A stretch of 64,000 nucleotides of DNA from Macrostomum lignano (GCA_002269645.1 NIVC01001157.1:186001-250000); one strand, 5' to 3'; shown: positions 40,583 to 54,343, numbered from the stretch's first letter. A program made the numbers and translations. The notes: generated by a model not told the origin, from the letters alone.

Positions 40583-40730
40583 GAGGTTGTAGCCTAGTGG
40601 TCAGAGCGTCGGCGTGAGGACTTGAAGGTCGGGGGTTCGATTCCCGATCCCACTGGAACAATATGTCCTTGAGCAAGACATGGTTGCACATGTGGCCCAA
40701 TTGGGCAAGTGTAATCAATTATTACATTAT
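40583..40730 (+). mobile_element. Internally deleted copy of the same SINE
   Basis: Same tRNA head (TAGCCTAGTGG...GGTTCGATTCC), CORE start GTCCTTGAGCAAGACA joined directly to the 3' tail GGTTGCACATGTGGCC...GTGTAAT. Confidence 0.82.
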
Positions 40731-40940
40731 TAATTACATCATACTACAAATTCTAAGAAATCGCCACAATTCAAGATCCCTAATCCTAAACTTCAGAACA
40801 TAATACGGAAAATAATGTTCTAAAAGCATTACCATATTTTATATATTAGGCAAAGGCTCGTAATGTTAAAAAAAACTGAACTTATTCTAGTTCACAAAAT
40901 AAAACAATATGATTATATGAGTTTAGAGCTGTGCTGTTGG

Positions 40941-43900
40941 TCAACTCAAAGAGTTGAAAAACTTGACCCTATTAGGGAACACTTTTGTTATGTCTAATTT
41001 AGCTTTTCGACTGCCAGCCTTGAAGCGGTAGCCCAGGTGTAGAAATTTGTGCACCGCAAGCGTGGCGTTGTCGCTATCGTCCATGCGCCAATTCTTTGCC
41101 TGCAGAGTCTTGCAGCCGGCCAGGGACACGGTCCACCAGCGAAAGTTCACTGCAAATTCACAGTTACCGTACCAACCTTTTTGAATAATTCGGGAGCATT
41201 TCGATGCTGGCAAAGGTGAAGTGTGTTGTAGGTGAAGCTGTGAATTGTGAAGGTGAAGCTATTAGATAATGTGAAGATGAAGTTATTAGAGGATGTGAAG
41301 CTACAATTATTAGATAATGTGAAGGTGAAGTTATTAGAGAATGTGAAGGTGAAGTTATTAGATAATGTGAAGCTACAAGTATTAGATAATGTGAAGATGA
41401 AGTTATTAGATAATGTGAAGGTGAAGTTATTAGATAATGTGAAGATGAAGTTATTAGATAATGTGAAGGTGAAGTTATTAGATAATGTGAAGCTACAAGT
41501 ATTAGATAATGTGAAGGTCAAGTTATTAGATAATGTGAAGGTGAAGTTATTAGAGAATGTGAAGGTGAAGTTATTAGAGGATGTGAAGCTACAAGTATTA
41601 GATAATGTGAAGATGAAGTTATTAGATGATGTGAAGGTGAAGTTATTAGATAATGTGAAGATGAAGTTATTAGATGATGTGAAGATGATGTTATTAGATG
41701 ATGTGAAGGTGAAGTTATTAGATAATGTGAAGGTGAAGTTATTAGATAACGTGAAGGTGAAACTCCTAAACAATGTGAATGTGAAGTGCGTGAAGCAAGC
41801 TAGAACAAACAGTTGGACTCACGCGTAACCAGGCACGTCTGCTTCCAGTCCTTGCCGGGGTCCATCAGGGGCGACATGACCCGGGATTCAAGCAGGGCCA
41901 CGGGAGGCAATTTAGCCGAATTTGACGCTTTCCTAGAAAGGGCACAGTACTCGGCGTACTTTGCCGTTAACAGGCGCGGTCCAGTGCTCTCGAATGCATT
42001 ACCAACTTTGCCATATTGGCTCATCGCATTGATCATGAACTGATAGAATGGATGACCAGGCGCTGAGCCCATCGCTGAATTCATGGCGCTGTAGGGCATG
42101 GACCAGAATATGTTGCTCTGCTCCTGGCGCTCTTGGTCTACGAAGGCTGGTAAACCGGACAGTGCCGGGAAAAATGGCCGCTGACATTCGACGTCCATGT
42201 CTAAATAAATGCCTGTCCGAACCAAAGCGAGTGACATTGGAGCTAGAGCGAGCGATATTGGAGCTAGAGCGAGTGATATTGGAGCTAGAGTGAGTGACAT
42301 CAGACACGGGAGCCAGAGCGAGTGACATTGGAGCTGGACCGAGTGACATTGGAGCTAGACCGAGTGACATTGGAGCCAGAGCGAGTGACATTGGAGCCAG
42401 AGTGAGTGACATCTGACACGGGAGCCAGAGCGAGTGATATTAGACCGAGTGACACGGGAGCTAGAGCGAGTGACATTGGAGCCAGAGCGAGTGATATTGG
42501 AGCCAGAGCGAGTGATATTGGAGCTAGAGTGAGTGACATCTGACACGGGAGCCAGAGCGAGTGACATTGGAGCTAGACCGAGTGACATTGGAGCTAGAGT
42601 GAGTGACATCAGACACGGGAGACAGAGCGAGTGAAATTGGAGCTGGACCGAGTGACATTGGAGCTAGACCGAGTGACAATGGAGCTAGAGCGAGTGACAC
42701 TGGAGCTAGAGCGAGTGACATCTGACACGGGAGCCAGAGCGAGTGACACAGGAGCCAGAGCGAGTGAAATTGGAGATGGAGGGTGACATTGAGCCAGAGC
42801 TAGGGACATTGGATTGCGTGCCAGAAAGGGCAATATTGCAGTGGGTGTGAAACCGGAGTCAGTCAGAGTGACATTAGTGAGATAGTGAAATCGTAGTGAA
42901 ACTTAGGGAGTGCTGATGAAGTCGAAAAGATTACAGGAAAGTGTGACATTTTGGAGTGCCAGCTATGACAGCTGAAGCCACACAAGCCATAAAGCGGATT
43001 AAGACACAAAACTCACCGCCAAAGTGATGCAGAACAATATACCGAATAGAATCGGCTCGCTCCAAGTTGTCCTTGTAGCTTAGATACTTGGATAGAAATC
43101 CAGGATATTTGCTAGCAATTAAAGCTTCAGCATCTGAGTCGGTCCATAGATAATACTGCCAGTCAGGATTTAGTGTCAAGCAGCTATTGATCAGAGGCAA
43201 GTAGTTTTTGTAAACCATTTTAGTTGGAAATGTTTGGTGAATAATTTTTGGTATTGACATGCCAGACCAAGAAGTGGAATTTGAATTAGTTGAATTCCTA
43301 TAATTAGGCATTTGCCAGATTCCATTTATCAGGATTGGCCTGTCTAATTGAGGAAGTTGTCCATTGTGGCCAATGATTTTTGTCATCTGATTGCTGTACA
43401 GGGTAAAGTTAGGCAAGCTGACAAACACGAGCTGAAAATATTGATTTGGGAAAGGGGGAATGCTTTCAGATTGGCTGCATTATACTTTTGTACTTTAGTG
43501 GAAGCCATATTATCTTTGTGTACTTTAGTAGATCTTCAAAATTATAGTAACCAAGCTTTATAATTTTAACTTTTATGATATTTTGAAATAAATTTGACTT
43601 TCAAGTGAGGTATTCTAATTTTGCTCTTGTCTCATTAAATAAAATATGTCTAATCTTCTAAAAATAAATTAAGTACTCTTAGACAATGCATAATTCTCAA
43701 CTTTTGAAAAAGATCCTAAAAATAAAAATCACTGGCCAAAAAACAAGTTTTAACTATTGAAAATGCCTTAATAATTTGTGTTCTATAATACAGTTTTTTT
43801 AGAAATAAGCAATTTTAATTAAAGTGTGCATTCTAATAAATATGAAATTAACTTTTGTTAAATAAATTTATAAATTGTTTATTTTAAACAAACCCACTTT

Positions 43901-46900
43901 TGTACTTAATTTTTTATCTTATATTAGCAGAATATTTAGAAAACAAGCCTTCAAAAGCAAAAATTATGCTAAATAGGTTTATGACACTAAGAATCTATAA
44001 TAAAGTAATAAAGGCTAAGGCTTCTTTTAAAACTGTCTTTACTATTTAACATGTTGACATTGTTCATCCTGTAATTTTTTAATACAAGCCTATAAACCTT
44101 AAAAGTCATAATATATTTACTTATCTTGGAGCAATAGCTAGAGTTCTGGCATTGGAACCCATTTTTTAATGGCTATGGATCTAGCAGTGGTATTCTAATA
44201 ATGCAATTTAGAGGTATAATATAGGGCCTAGTATAAACATCTTACTTTTTAATAGATGGTTGATATTGAGATTTTGTTCAAGATAAGATCAAAATGAAAT
44301 GATAAGATTTAAATCAAGATATTTCTAATGTTCAAGACTTCATTAATAAATAACTGCCTGTAGAAGATTTCCAGATCCATAGCCATTAGAAAATGGGTTC
44401 CAGTACCAGAACCCTAGCCTAGCCATTATCTATTTTTGGTAACTATTATTATTACTTTTTACTTTCTTTCCAAAGAAAAATAAAATCTAACAATTAGCTT
44501 AAAGACTATAGCTTTGCTAAATGATTCCACTGAAGATATAGCTTGCCTTTTGCCATTTTGACATCTATATGACAGGCTTCTTTTTATTCATTATTTGTAC
44601 ACAAAGATATAATTTTCTATGCCATTTTAAAATCTGTGTTTCTGGCTCATTCCATGAGTGTGTCACACATGGGTTTATTTTTTATTGTAACATTTTCTTC
44701 ATTTTTTATGTTTTTGAATGTACAAATATATATATTTTTAGTTTCTATTGGCTAATATCAATTTTATTGCACATATTATTTGAATAAAGCTCTAGTCCAT
44801 ATAGTACCTCATGTGGCCCATGACAAACACAATTGACTTTGTCTTTTTCCTACTTAATAAAATATTTCATTCAAAATATTTGCATAATATAAATTATGTA
44901 TTTACCTATGCTCTTTAAGAAAATAGACTTAAGAATATATTAGGAAGATAATAAAAATAGGCAATAAGTTTTATACTACCTTGGCAACTTTGACTATCAC
45001 AAAATAAAACAAAAAAGTTATTTTAATTGTTGATAAAGCTTATATGCAGCCTAGAGTTGCTTTGAAAATGTAGTTCTTAATGTGCACTTTAATGTTATAA
45101 AATTTCATTGGTATATATATTGTTAATCAATAGATAAAACACTGCAAAGTTGCCTTCGACCATAACACAAAAATTGAGCAAGTTGTCTCCCATTTGATCT
45201 ATGGTATAAAGTTTTTATTTTCAGTAATTTTATTAAACCAAGTAGGGGTTCCAAGTAGAATATAACCAAGTAATATATTATATTTCATGTATTCTAGCAG
45301 ATAATGAATTCTAATAGTGCCCAGCCAAATGTTAGTGCCCAACCTAAGTCCAGTGCCCAATGTAGTAAGGAGTATCGGGCTAGAAATGCTAATAGGTTGA
45401 AAACTAAGGAAAAAGAGCGCAGCAAACTTTGTCATCTACTTAGCTCTGATGAGCAAAAGGCCAAGGCCAAGGCACAGGCCCTAGTGCGATATCAAAAGAA
45501 CTCTGCCATTGCCCTTGAAAAAGCTGCCAATGCAATCCAGAGTACATCACCTGCTTATGCCAACAGACAGGCCGAATCTTGCACTGTTAACAGGTACAGT
45601 TTCAAGTTTTGGTGTTCTGGGGTCATTTTCTAGCTGCTTTCCATTGGAAGCTCTAACCATAACCCCCATCTCTGATATGATTTATTCGATTAGTTATTTA
45701 TCATAAAAAAGGTTACTGTAAAAGTATTTATTAGTCCTACACTTATATTTCCTTACCAGAGTTGAAAATAAATTTTTCACAGTTGGTACCTTCAACCGTC
45801 ACACTTCGACCATCACAAGAGAAAAGTGTCAAAACTTTTTTTCTGCTTGTTTGTATGTATTTAATATTTTATATTACTAAGTATGGCTAATTTCTAGTTT
45901 GTGTATTGATTTTTATGGCTCTAAGATCATCAAGACCGAAGAAAACACAAAAAACAATTCACTCCCCTTTACCTTTGAGTTCTTCAACTTCGACCGTCAC
46001 ATGCACAATAAGCTAAATTAATTGAGAATCAAAAACTTCTGTGTCACAAGTTAAACAAGTTCAAAAGATCTAGTTGGTTATTATTATTTTTTTGATGAAA
46101 AAAAGGCTGCAAAACCCCTTTTTCATATATTTTTTGTGAAATTAATGTACCAACCTTTGACCGTCACACTCGTAGAAATAGCCTTCTAAGAAAATAGCTA
46201 CATCATGTATCCAGTTCCTAGTCATTTCGTCATCTGCCATTTCGTCATCTGGGTGTCTGGGGTGCTCACCTTGACTATGGTCACTTCGTCATCTTAATTA
46301 ACATGCACTACCTAAAGAGAGTCATTTCATCATCTACCAATCATATTAGTTCAAGTGAATTATTGTGGCAATTAAATATATTTACTTAGAATCCTAAATG
46401 ATCCTAGTCATTTTGTCATCTTGATTGATAAAACCTGTCAATCGATCGGTTCTGCTTGCCGCAGCTTATAGTTATTAAACAAAAAATAGTTACACTAACT
46501 TGAATCACGTACAGATTGATTGGTTGATGACGAAGTATCTAGCATAACTAAATATTTGGTCACTTTGTCATATTATTTTTCAAGCTACTTTGCTTCTGGT
46601 CACTTCATCATCCAATATGATGAAATGGAATATGACGATCTGACCAGTGACCCATGTATCCTATATTATGGATCCCTATTGCAGCCAATGGCCATTTTCG
46701 TGGACGGCGTCCGGCGTGGATTGGCCTGGCGGCGGCGTGGCGCGCGGCGGCGGTGCGGCGCGTGGCAGCGGCGCGCGGTGGCGTGGCGTGTGGCGGCAGC
46801 GCGCGGCGAGCCATTGACTGACTAATTGAACCAAATCACTGATCCTGGGGACTGGCCCTGGCGCAGTACGGGTAGATGTCTGGCGCGGGAAAGGGGGGCG

Positions 46901-47608
46901 TCCGGCGCGGTTCAGACCTTGGCTGCAATAGGGTTATGGATCTGTATCATAGAATTTATTTTGTTTTAATAATTATCTTTTTCAAAATTTTTATGCAATT
47001 TACTTTTTTGTTATAAATGATCTGAAATTTTAGTATAAATAAACACAAATTCAGTGGAAGAAAGAACACCTTCTATCTTTTAAGAGATAAAAGGAAAGCT
47101 TTGTATGAATTTGTACAACTTTGGTGGCAGTTTATGAGATTTCCTAGGCTAGTCTAGTGTACAAGAAACACACCTGTAACAACTTGGTGGCTTAATGGTA
47201 AAATTTTCAACAGAGAACAATTACCCCTATAACATTTATTTAAATGGCAAAATAACATATCATTATATAAAATTAACATTTATCTGACTAATAAACTATA
47301 TTAATTGCACTTGACCTGGCTTTGCTAAACCAAGTAGTTTTGTTTTTTAGTTTTTTGCCTTTTGTGGAATTTGCTATTACTTAAAAACTACTCTAAAGTC
47401 TCTAAAGCTCTAAGAAATACTCAGTCTAAATATTTTTAATTTACATTAGCAGTGGTAGCTTCGCCTTCATGCTGCTCATGCCATGGTAGAAAAAAAAGAA
47501 TAGAAAAAGATTTAAAATAAAAAAGTTTGCAGAATGACTTACCCATAAGAATACAAAAACAGTGACAAAATACATAAAAATCTTTAAACGTCGAGCAGGT
47601 CGCGCCAT
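40941..47608 (-). CDS. GT32-family DXD glycosyltransferase (SUR1/OCH1/A4GalT-like), type II membrane; complement(join(47608..47543,43431..43017,42212..41823,41206..40941)), 378 aa
   Basis: GT-AG junctions with phases 0,1,1, total 1137 nt. Spliced N-terminal anchor MARPARRLKIFMYFVTVFVFLW|LVFVSL; IPKIIHQTF, LNPDWQYYLWTD, RADSIRYIVLHHFGG|IYLDMD, NSAMGSAPGHPF, TGPRLLT, LAVHKF. Confidence 0.88.
41230..41790 (+). repeat. 24-bp minisatellite (GTGAAGTTATTAGATAATGTGAAG) filling GT32 intron 3
   Basis: Visible. Confidence 0.95.
42228..42800 (+). repeat. 21-bp minisatellite (GAGCGAGTGACATTGGAGCTA) in GT32 intron 2
   Basis: Visible. Confidence 0.94.
44138..44417. mobile_element. Inverted repeat (45-bp arms, 4 mismatches), MITE-like
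   Basis: 44138-44182 vs reverse complement of 44373-44417. Confidence 0.65.
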
Positions 47609-50600
47609 TTGAGGTGATAGACTGATAGGCAATCCTATCCTATCCTATCCTAGCACATTTATTTATTCTTTGCTGCCAGCCTGCCAGTTAGGAGGGGAGT
47701 GACCGGAGACCAGAGGGTCATGCAGTCTGTATCATGGAACTTGAGGTAGGGCAGTTAGAGATAGCTTGGATTAGTTTTATTCCGTCGTCGCTCGTTATTC
47801 AGATCAGATGCTTTGCTTTAATTATGTTGATCTATAATCTAATGTGTACACAAGATCTAGGGGTCGTTCTCAAAGTTTAGTCGTAAGCAGTGAAACAAAT
47901 ATTTTTGAAAATCAGCCTGAAATATTGAATCTTTTCTTATTTTAGCTCTAAAAGGACTTAAAAAATATATGCCTCTCATGGGTCTTAATCTTTTTTAACA
48001 TTGAACTTTTGATGTTAATCTCATCAGAGTGCGCTATTTCATTTTTTGATATATATTTTTATTATCGCACGAGCTATAATACCCACTTTAGAGAAGCTAC
48101 ATTCTGTTCACGTGGTCTTATTAAAGAAGAAAATTGATAAATGTTATTTATAACTTTGGTTAGCACAACCTAGAACCCATTTAACTCTTTCGATTGCAAA
48201 GCAGATGTTGCTATTTCGATTTTTGCTAGAAACGTAACATTATGAATGATTAAAAAATCCACTTTTAATTAATTTGTTCTGTTGATAGAATAAGCTAATA
48301 GCTGCGTTTTCTGCTGTTTTTTTTAAGAAAGATAGTCATATCTAACACTAAAGTATCAATTAAGGCAGTTTCATTCTATATTAAAAAAGAAAAGTTAAAT
48401 AAATTCAATTTTAAGTTTTTTTCAATAGCACAAAATTAACCTAACAAAGAGAGATTTCGCTGACTACAACAAAGCAAGTAGCACCAAAGTTATTTTAATT
48501 TAAAGTCCTCATCTGTGGGATGAGAAAAAGTACCACTTTTTTGTCCCTAGTTATGAAAAAAAATTTTCTCAGCACATTGTTAGGTTTTTTGGATGTTTTT
48601 TTATGTACGCTCGTATTTAGATGAATTTTTGCTATTGATCACCCAATATGTTAGTCGGAACAAACAGAATTTGATTTATGTAGATAAAATTGACTATTTT
48701 TCTCTTAAAAACAGTCGTTTTTTGTTGTTTTCACACAATTTTTTTAACTGATTTAAAATTTGTATTGTAAGTTACAAGTAAACATAATGAGTCAAAACAA
48801 GAGGTAGTAGAAACTGAAAAGAAAATAAGAGTAACGAATAATAAAAAAAGTTGCATGATTTGATTAGTCAAGAAATAGTATTAAAACAATTTTGCATCTG
48901 ATTTATTATCAACGAAATTAGCTGTCTGAAGCACAAAAAATTAATTTCTTTGAAATATTAAATTCATTCTCATATGTTCTGCAATTCATTAAAGATATAC
49001 ATGTAGCAACTTAAACATTCAGTTGATACTTTCCACCTTTGGATGCATATAGCTACTAACAAGAAAAAAGATAAAAGAAAAAACTTAATTGCCATTGATG
49101 CTGGCAATGTAATATTAAATATGGTACAGAAAGATGGAATCTCTACAGAGTGCTGCCACACGAATTTTTGAAGTGTTTAACAGATAAGTCATGGCAGTAC
49201 CATAACAGACATACTATATTTTATATTACTCTTCGATTGACAATTACGCTTTAGATTTGTTTTAGATGATGATTTTCCATTGGGACTGACTCTATATACC
49301 GAGGCCAGACACAGTTAAGTGCGGCTGACAGCACTGAAGCGGCGGTTAACAGAGAATGCGATGAGCTGTGGCCTGTGGAGACAGCCAGCTGATGTACGAG
49401 CATCAGTAGAAGGGAAAGACATCCAATAGTGTCTTGCTATTGGTTTGTTACATGTACAGCGAACATCTACTTTTATTCTAATGTGATCGATTTAATTCTA
49501 CTGACCCAATTGGCTAAAGCACTGTAAACTGCACACCTCTCGGACGGATATGTAATGCCATTTGCTGCACTTTTACCTGTTTCTCTGCCAGAACACCAGC
49601 ATCATTGTATGTGCCACAATTGCTAAGATGTGCAGTAGTCCTTTGGATGTGGTTAGTTCTGCAGGCATCGACGTAATTTATCAAATGAGACGAATTGTAT
49701 ACCGAGCATGACAGCTAGTGCAGGGCCAGAATCGATTACAGAGGTTCGCCAGAGCAATTGCAGTGATCCATGTGGCTGCCGAGTCAGACGTCTGTAATAG
49801 GCTAATTAACTTACCAAGACCAAAGTATTTAATTTAAATTTATAAGCTGTTCTTTTAGTAGTTATGCAGCCTAATTACATAAGAAAATAGTATAGTAAAA
49901 TAGTAAAATAGTATTAAAGCTATGTTGCAGAATATAAATGCTTGCTGAATTATTTTTTTAAAAAACGCAAGTCTGTTCGAAAAAAGATGCATGCATTTTA
50001 GGTTTTAAAAGAAATGGCTTCCTAGCTCGGCAACTATATATATTCTAATTCAAAAAAACTTTTAATGCTTTAAAAGACATATTTTGCAAGCCTAATTTTT
50101 AGCTAAACCAGTTTTGTATATTTTAAGCTTCATATTTCGGTGTTTAAGTACAATAATTAAGTTCTTGAGTGGTACAATATCAATTATTTCGGGTGTTTCT
50201 TGTTACGCGATAATTTTAAATACAAGCAATTTATACGAAAAAAACAAAATGTTGATTTAAAAATAACATTTTCTATTGAAATAATACTTATTAAATAGTA
50301 AACATAGAATAAAAGATGTATCTAATTCATAAAAAATAAAAGAAAACTTGCATTATTTCACAATTTTTGGTCGTTTTATTTTCCGTTGCGAAAAATAACA
50401 AATTGCTAGATTTCGTCTTAAATATTTGGTTTCTTGTGGTTCTAACGGCAGTTTTTTAATTAAATTGACGAAAGAATCGTTTTTGCAAAATAATTACTTT
50501 ATTCAAAAACTTTTTTTTCTGTACCAAAACATCATGACCTTGATTTGAGAACTACCCCTAGGCAGCTAGTGCGGCTCAGTATTTGAATTTCCGCCTGCGT

Positions 50601-50724
50601 TTGAGTTCGCTCGTTTAAAGACGGAAAATTGCGCAGTCAAATCTCCTGAAAATCTGTCGGGTTACTCCATCTGCCGGGTCCTCAACTCCGGGGGAGGGTA
50701 GTTCTAGTCGTATCGAGCGGTGGC

Positions 50725-51067
50725 AAAGGGCCTGTCAACTTAAGCTCATAAACGAGTAACCTATGTACACAAATGATACGTCATGATCTGCTCACAGTGA
50801 GACCAGAAAGCTGGATTTGGCAAAAAAAGCTACAAAAATTGGACCTGGGATGACAATTATGGATTCTACCTTATGAGCGTAAGTTACATAATAGTCCCTA
50901 ACTGTACCTTGCTTGTTCTCTCCTATCCCAGGTCCAATTTTTGTAGCTTTTTGCCAAATCTACACTCGTAGCTTCCTGCTGGTGTCACTGAGCAGAAAAG
51001 CATATCATTTGTGTACAGGTTACTCGGGCTCCACTTTATGAGCTTTAAGTTGACAGGCCGACCCTTT
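50725..51067. mobile_element. Foldback/MITE element with ~125-140-bp imperfect inverted arms
   Basis: Left arm 50725-50851 (AAAGGGCCTGTCAACTTAAGCTCATAAA...GGACCTGGGAT) mirrors 50925-51067. Confidence 0.8.
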
Positions 51068-51746
51068 ATCACGGACGTCATTCAGGGCCTTGCAGACACT
51101 CAATGTAACGTCAATCTTAATGTACGTCAATTTGCGTTAAAGCTTATTACATGTATTACTAGCGCAGTGCAGTGTGCTGCCATGCACAACCGTACGTAAT
51201 TATAACGTATTTATACGGACCGTTATGTTCCCAGAGCTTGCTTCGAGATGAGATTTTGGTAGCTTTACGCCCCGTTTTCATAGTGTACTCAACGATAAAG
51301 GCTAATTAAAAGCTATAGTTTTTAATTAAGCTTTAAGTTTTTAAGTTTTAAGTTTTTAATTTTTAAGCTATAGCTAAAGAATATAGTTTAATGGCCGGGG
51401 TTATTATTATTGGTGCTGGATAAATATTTACGCACGCAAATGTGTCAGTTTGAGCAACTAAAGCAAAAGAGCACCCCAGTATGGTAGCAAGCACGATCAC
51501 ATGCACGGGCGCCCAGCATTGGAGCGAAAACAGACCGCGTCTCCGCGAGTGTTCACGAGCGGCCTCGAGAGCTGCGGACGCGCGGCCGGATGTGGTGGGA
51601 CGTGTCCCCGCACTTAACTCCAGTAGACGGAGCAGAGCTATAGCGATCCGAGCGCTGTGGCAGAACTGGTGAGCGTGGGCGGCATCCCTCGATCGGCCTG
51701 GTGTTGCTGCATGATCTACATGTAGCTATGAGCTGCCGGCCAGAGG

Positions 51747-52391
51747 TTCTGGGAGGTAAGAATCGTGAGATTCTGGGGGTAAGAATCGTGAGATTCTGGG
51801 GGTAAGAATCGTGAGATTCTGGGGGTAAGAATCGTGAGATTCTGGGGGTAAGAATCGTGAGATTCTGGGGGGTAATCATCGTGAGATTCTGGGGGGTAAG
51901 AACCGCGTGAGATTCTGGGGAGGGGTAAGAATCGTGAGATTCTGGGGGCAAGAATCGTGAGATTCTGGGGAGGGGTAAGAATCGTGAGATTCTGGGGGTA
52001 AGAATCGTGAGATTCTGGGGGTAGGAATCGTGAGATTCTGGGGGTAAGAATCGTGAGATTCGGGGGGGGGGGTAAAAATCGTGAGATTCTGAGGATAAGC
52101 TAGAATCGTGAGATTCTGGGGGTAGGAATCGTGAGATTCTGGGGGTAAAAATCGTGAGATTCTGGGGATAAGCTAGAATCGTGAGATTCTGGGGGTAGGA
52201 ATCGTGAGATTCTGGGGGTAAGAATCGCGTGAGATTCTGGGGAGGGGTAAGAATCGTGAGATTCTGGGGGGTAAGAATCATGAGATTCTGGGGGGTAAGA
52301 ATCGTGAGATTCTGGGGGTTAAGAATCGTGAGATTCTGGAGGGTAAGAATCGTGAGATTCTGGGGTAAGAATCGTAAGATTCTGGGGGTAA
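51747..52391 (+). repeat. 23-bp minisatellite (AAGAATCGTGAGATTCTGGGGGT) with internal palindrome AGAATC-GTGA-GATTCT
   Basis: Visible. Confidence 0.95.
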
Positions 52392-53073
52392 GAGTCCTGC
52401 TCAAAACAAAGGTTTTTATTTTAAAATAGCTAAATAGCGATTTTTGCGAGCCAAAAGTCGCAAAAATGCCAATGCCTTGTCCCTACACCCCACCAATTTT
52501 GACCTGTTATGAAAATCAGTAGTTTTGCTTCAGGGCTCAAAATGAGTGCCTTTAGTGCACTAAATTGCTAAAGACTTCGAAAATAGGAAAATTTGATAGG
52601 GAAGAGTTAATGTGAATTTCAAGAGACAAGTGAACGGCTTTAATAGTTTTCAGTAGAGAGAGTAAAAAATACTACATTACTGCATTGCAACTAATTTTTT
52701 TCTACTCATTGGTCGCTCGTGTCTGGAATGACTATTACTTTTCAAAGCCAGCGATGACGACTGAGTGAGCCGAACCGTACCGCCGTTGACCTGAAAACAG
52801 GCAATAAAATTATATCTAATATGAAAGCGTCTTCCTATTCTTAATTACCTATAGTGGCGTAGTGATTTTGGGCAGGGGTTGTTCACTGAGAACCGATTTT
52901 TTGTTACTTTTTAGTTTCCTTCTAATAATTGCTTTTTGAAGCATTTAATTGTACATGTATGTGATAAAGTTAGAGCGAAGATAAACTAATTTGTGAACTG
53001 GAAAAGGGTAGAAAAGAAAAAGAAAGTTTAAGTTTCCTATGTTTCGAAAAAATCTTTTTCAGTCTTTCCAAAC

Positions 53074-54220
53074 TAGGGAATACAATCCCGGGATTCCGGG
53101 ATCCCAAAATCCCGGGATTCTAAATCCCGGGATCACACTTGTACGGGATTCGAAAATCCCCGGATTGACCATCGGAATCCCGATCCCGGTTTGCAATAAT
53201 TCAATAATTCATTCGAATCATTATTCTCGAGTAGTACATGTAGTATCTGCAGCTGAGCTATTGTCAAGTGAAAACCCTAACCCAGTTGGCCGGCTATGAT
53301 TTATTAATCTTTTAAGCATGCAGGCTAGTGAGAAGGCTAAGGCTGCAGAAATGCAAAACTGAAGCTGTTGGCAGATCGTAGGAAGATTTCAGGTGCAATA
53401 ATGCACGTGCAACTGTGTGCCTATTATGGTTACTCGCAGACTAATGTAATCTAAATATACTAAATATTATTCTAAAACCTGTGCACAGAGACTAGCTAAA
53501 GCCATGGAAGCCAATTCCTCATTGTTTCCGATCACATGCAGTGCTGTTATAGCTTGCCAGACGGGAGTCAAATAATTCTCCCTCTATGAAACCCAGCTAA
53601 AATCAGGGGGTCTCCCTCGACCTTGCTCAGATCAGAAGCCCCCCCCCCCTATGCGAAAGACCTCATTCTCAGCACTGTCAGAACCCACTTTAAATGCCCA
53701 GCATAGGGTGGTGGCAGAACTACATGTACTTTAAGCAGTCCCTACCTTCAAAACTCCTGGGCCATAGTTAATTTGAGATTAGAACACTGGGACCTTGCTA
53801 TCGGACTAAAACCCAAGCTACTAATTCTCCATCTCCAGATGCCTCTGGGTGCCTCTGGAAGGGTGAGGTCTGATCTCCTACAACTCGAGGCTCGAGCCAT
53901 AGCTCTGTAAGCTATCATTCCCCAGATTACATCACAATCAGGTGCGATTTTCCTGAGCGGGATACCGGCATGTAACAAAGCACGTCTAATATGCCAGTCC
54001 GTACATCACACTCCAATTCAGAGCTCACTGTCAGTTTCTTGTTAATGTTAGCAAAATTCTACTTTATTACTGAAAGCCATTTAAAAATCAGATTCGATGG
54101 CTTCGTAAACCAAAATTGCACCAGCAAGGATGAGAAACTTTTTTAATTCCGGGATCCCGGGATTCCGGCCCAATTTGTCGGGATCCCGGGATTGGCAAAA
54201 CTCGGGATTCTGTATTCCTA
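53074..54220. mobile_element. Non-autonomous DNA transposon with CCCGGGAT subterminal repeats
   Basis: Left end TAGGGAATACAATCCCGGGA; right end TCGGGATTCTGTATTCCTA; clusters of CCCGGGAT at both ends; no TSD found. Confidence 0.55.
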
Positions 54221-54343
54221 AAATTCCTAAAATTCCAACTTAACTCTGACTCTGACTCATCGCCAAACTCGAACGACTAACCCGACTCTTCGTGTATCTT
54301 TTGTTTAGTGGAATGCCTGTCTAGCCTGGGAATATGGGCTGTA

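Noticed and set aside
45304-45633. Basic/helical ORF nested in GT32 intron 1 (possible TE or nested exon)
   Set aside because: No identifiable family; short and flanked by low-complexity AT-rich DNA.
48181-52612. TTAACTCTTT...GGGAAGAGTTAA as piggyBac-like termini
   Set aside because: The two ends do not match beyond about 9 bp and could belong to different elements.
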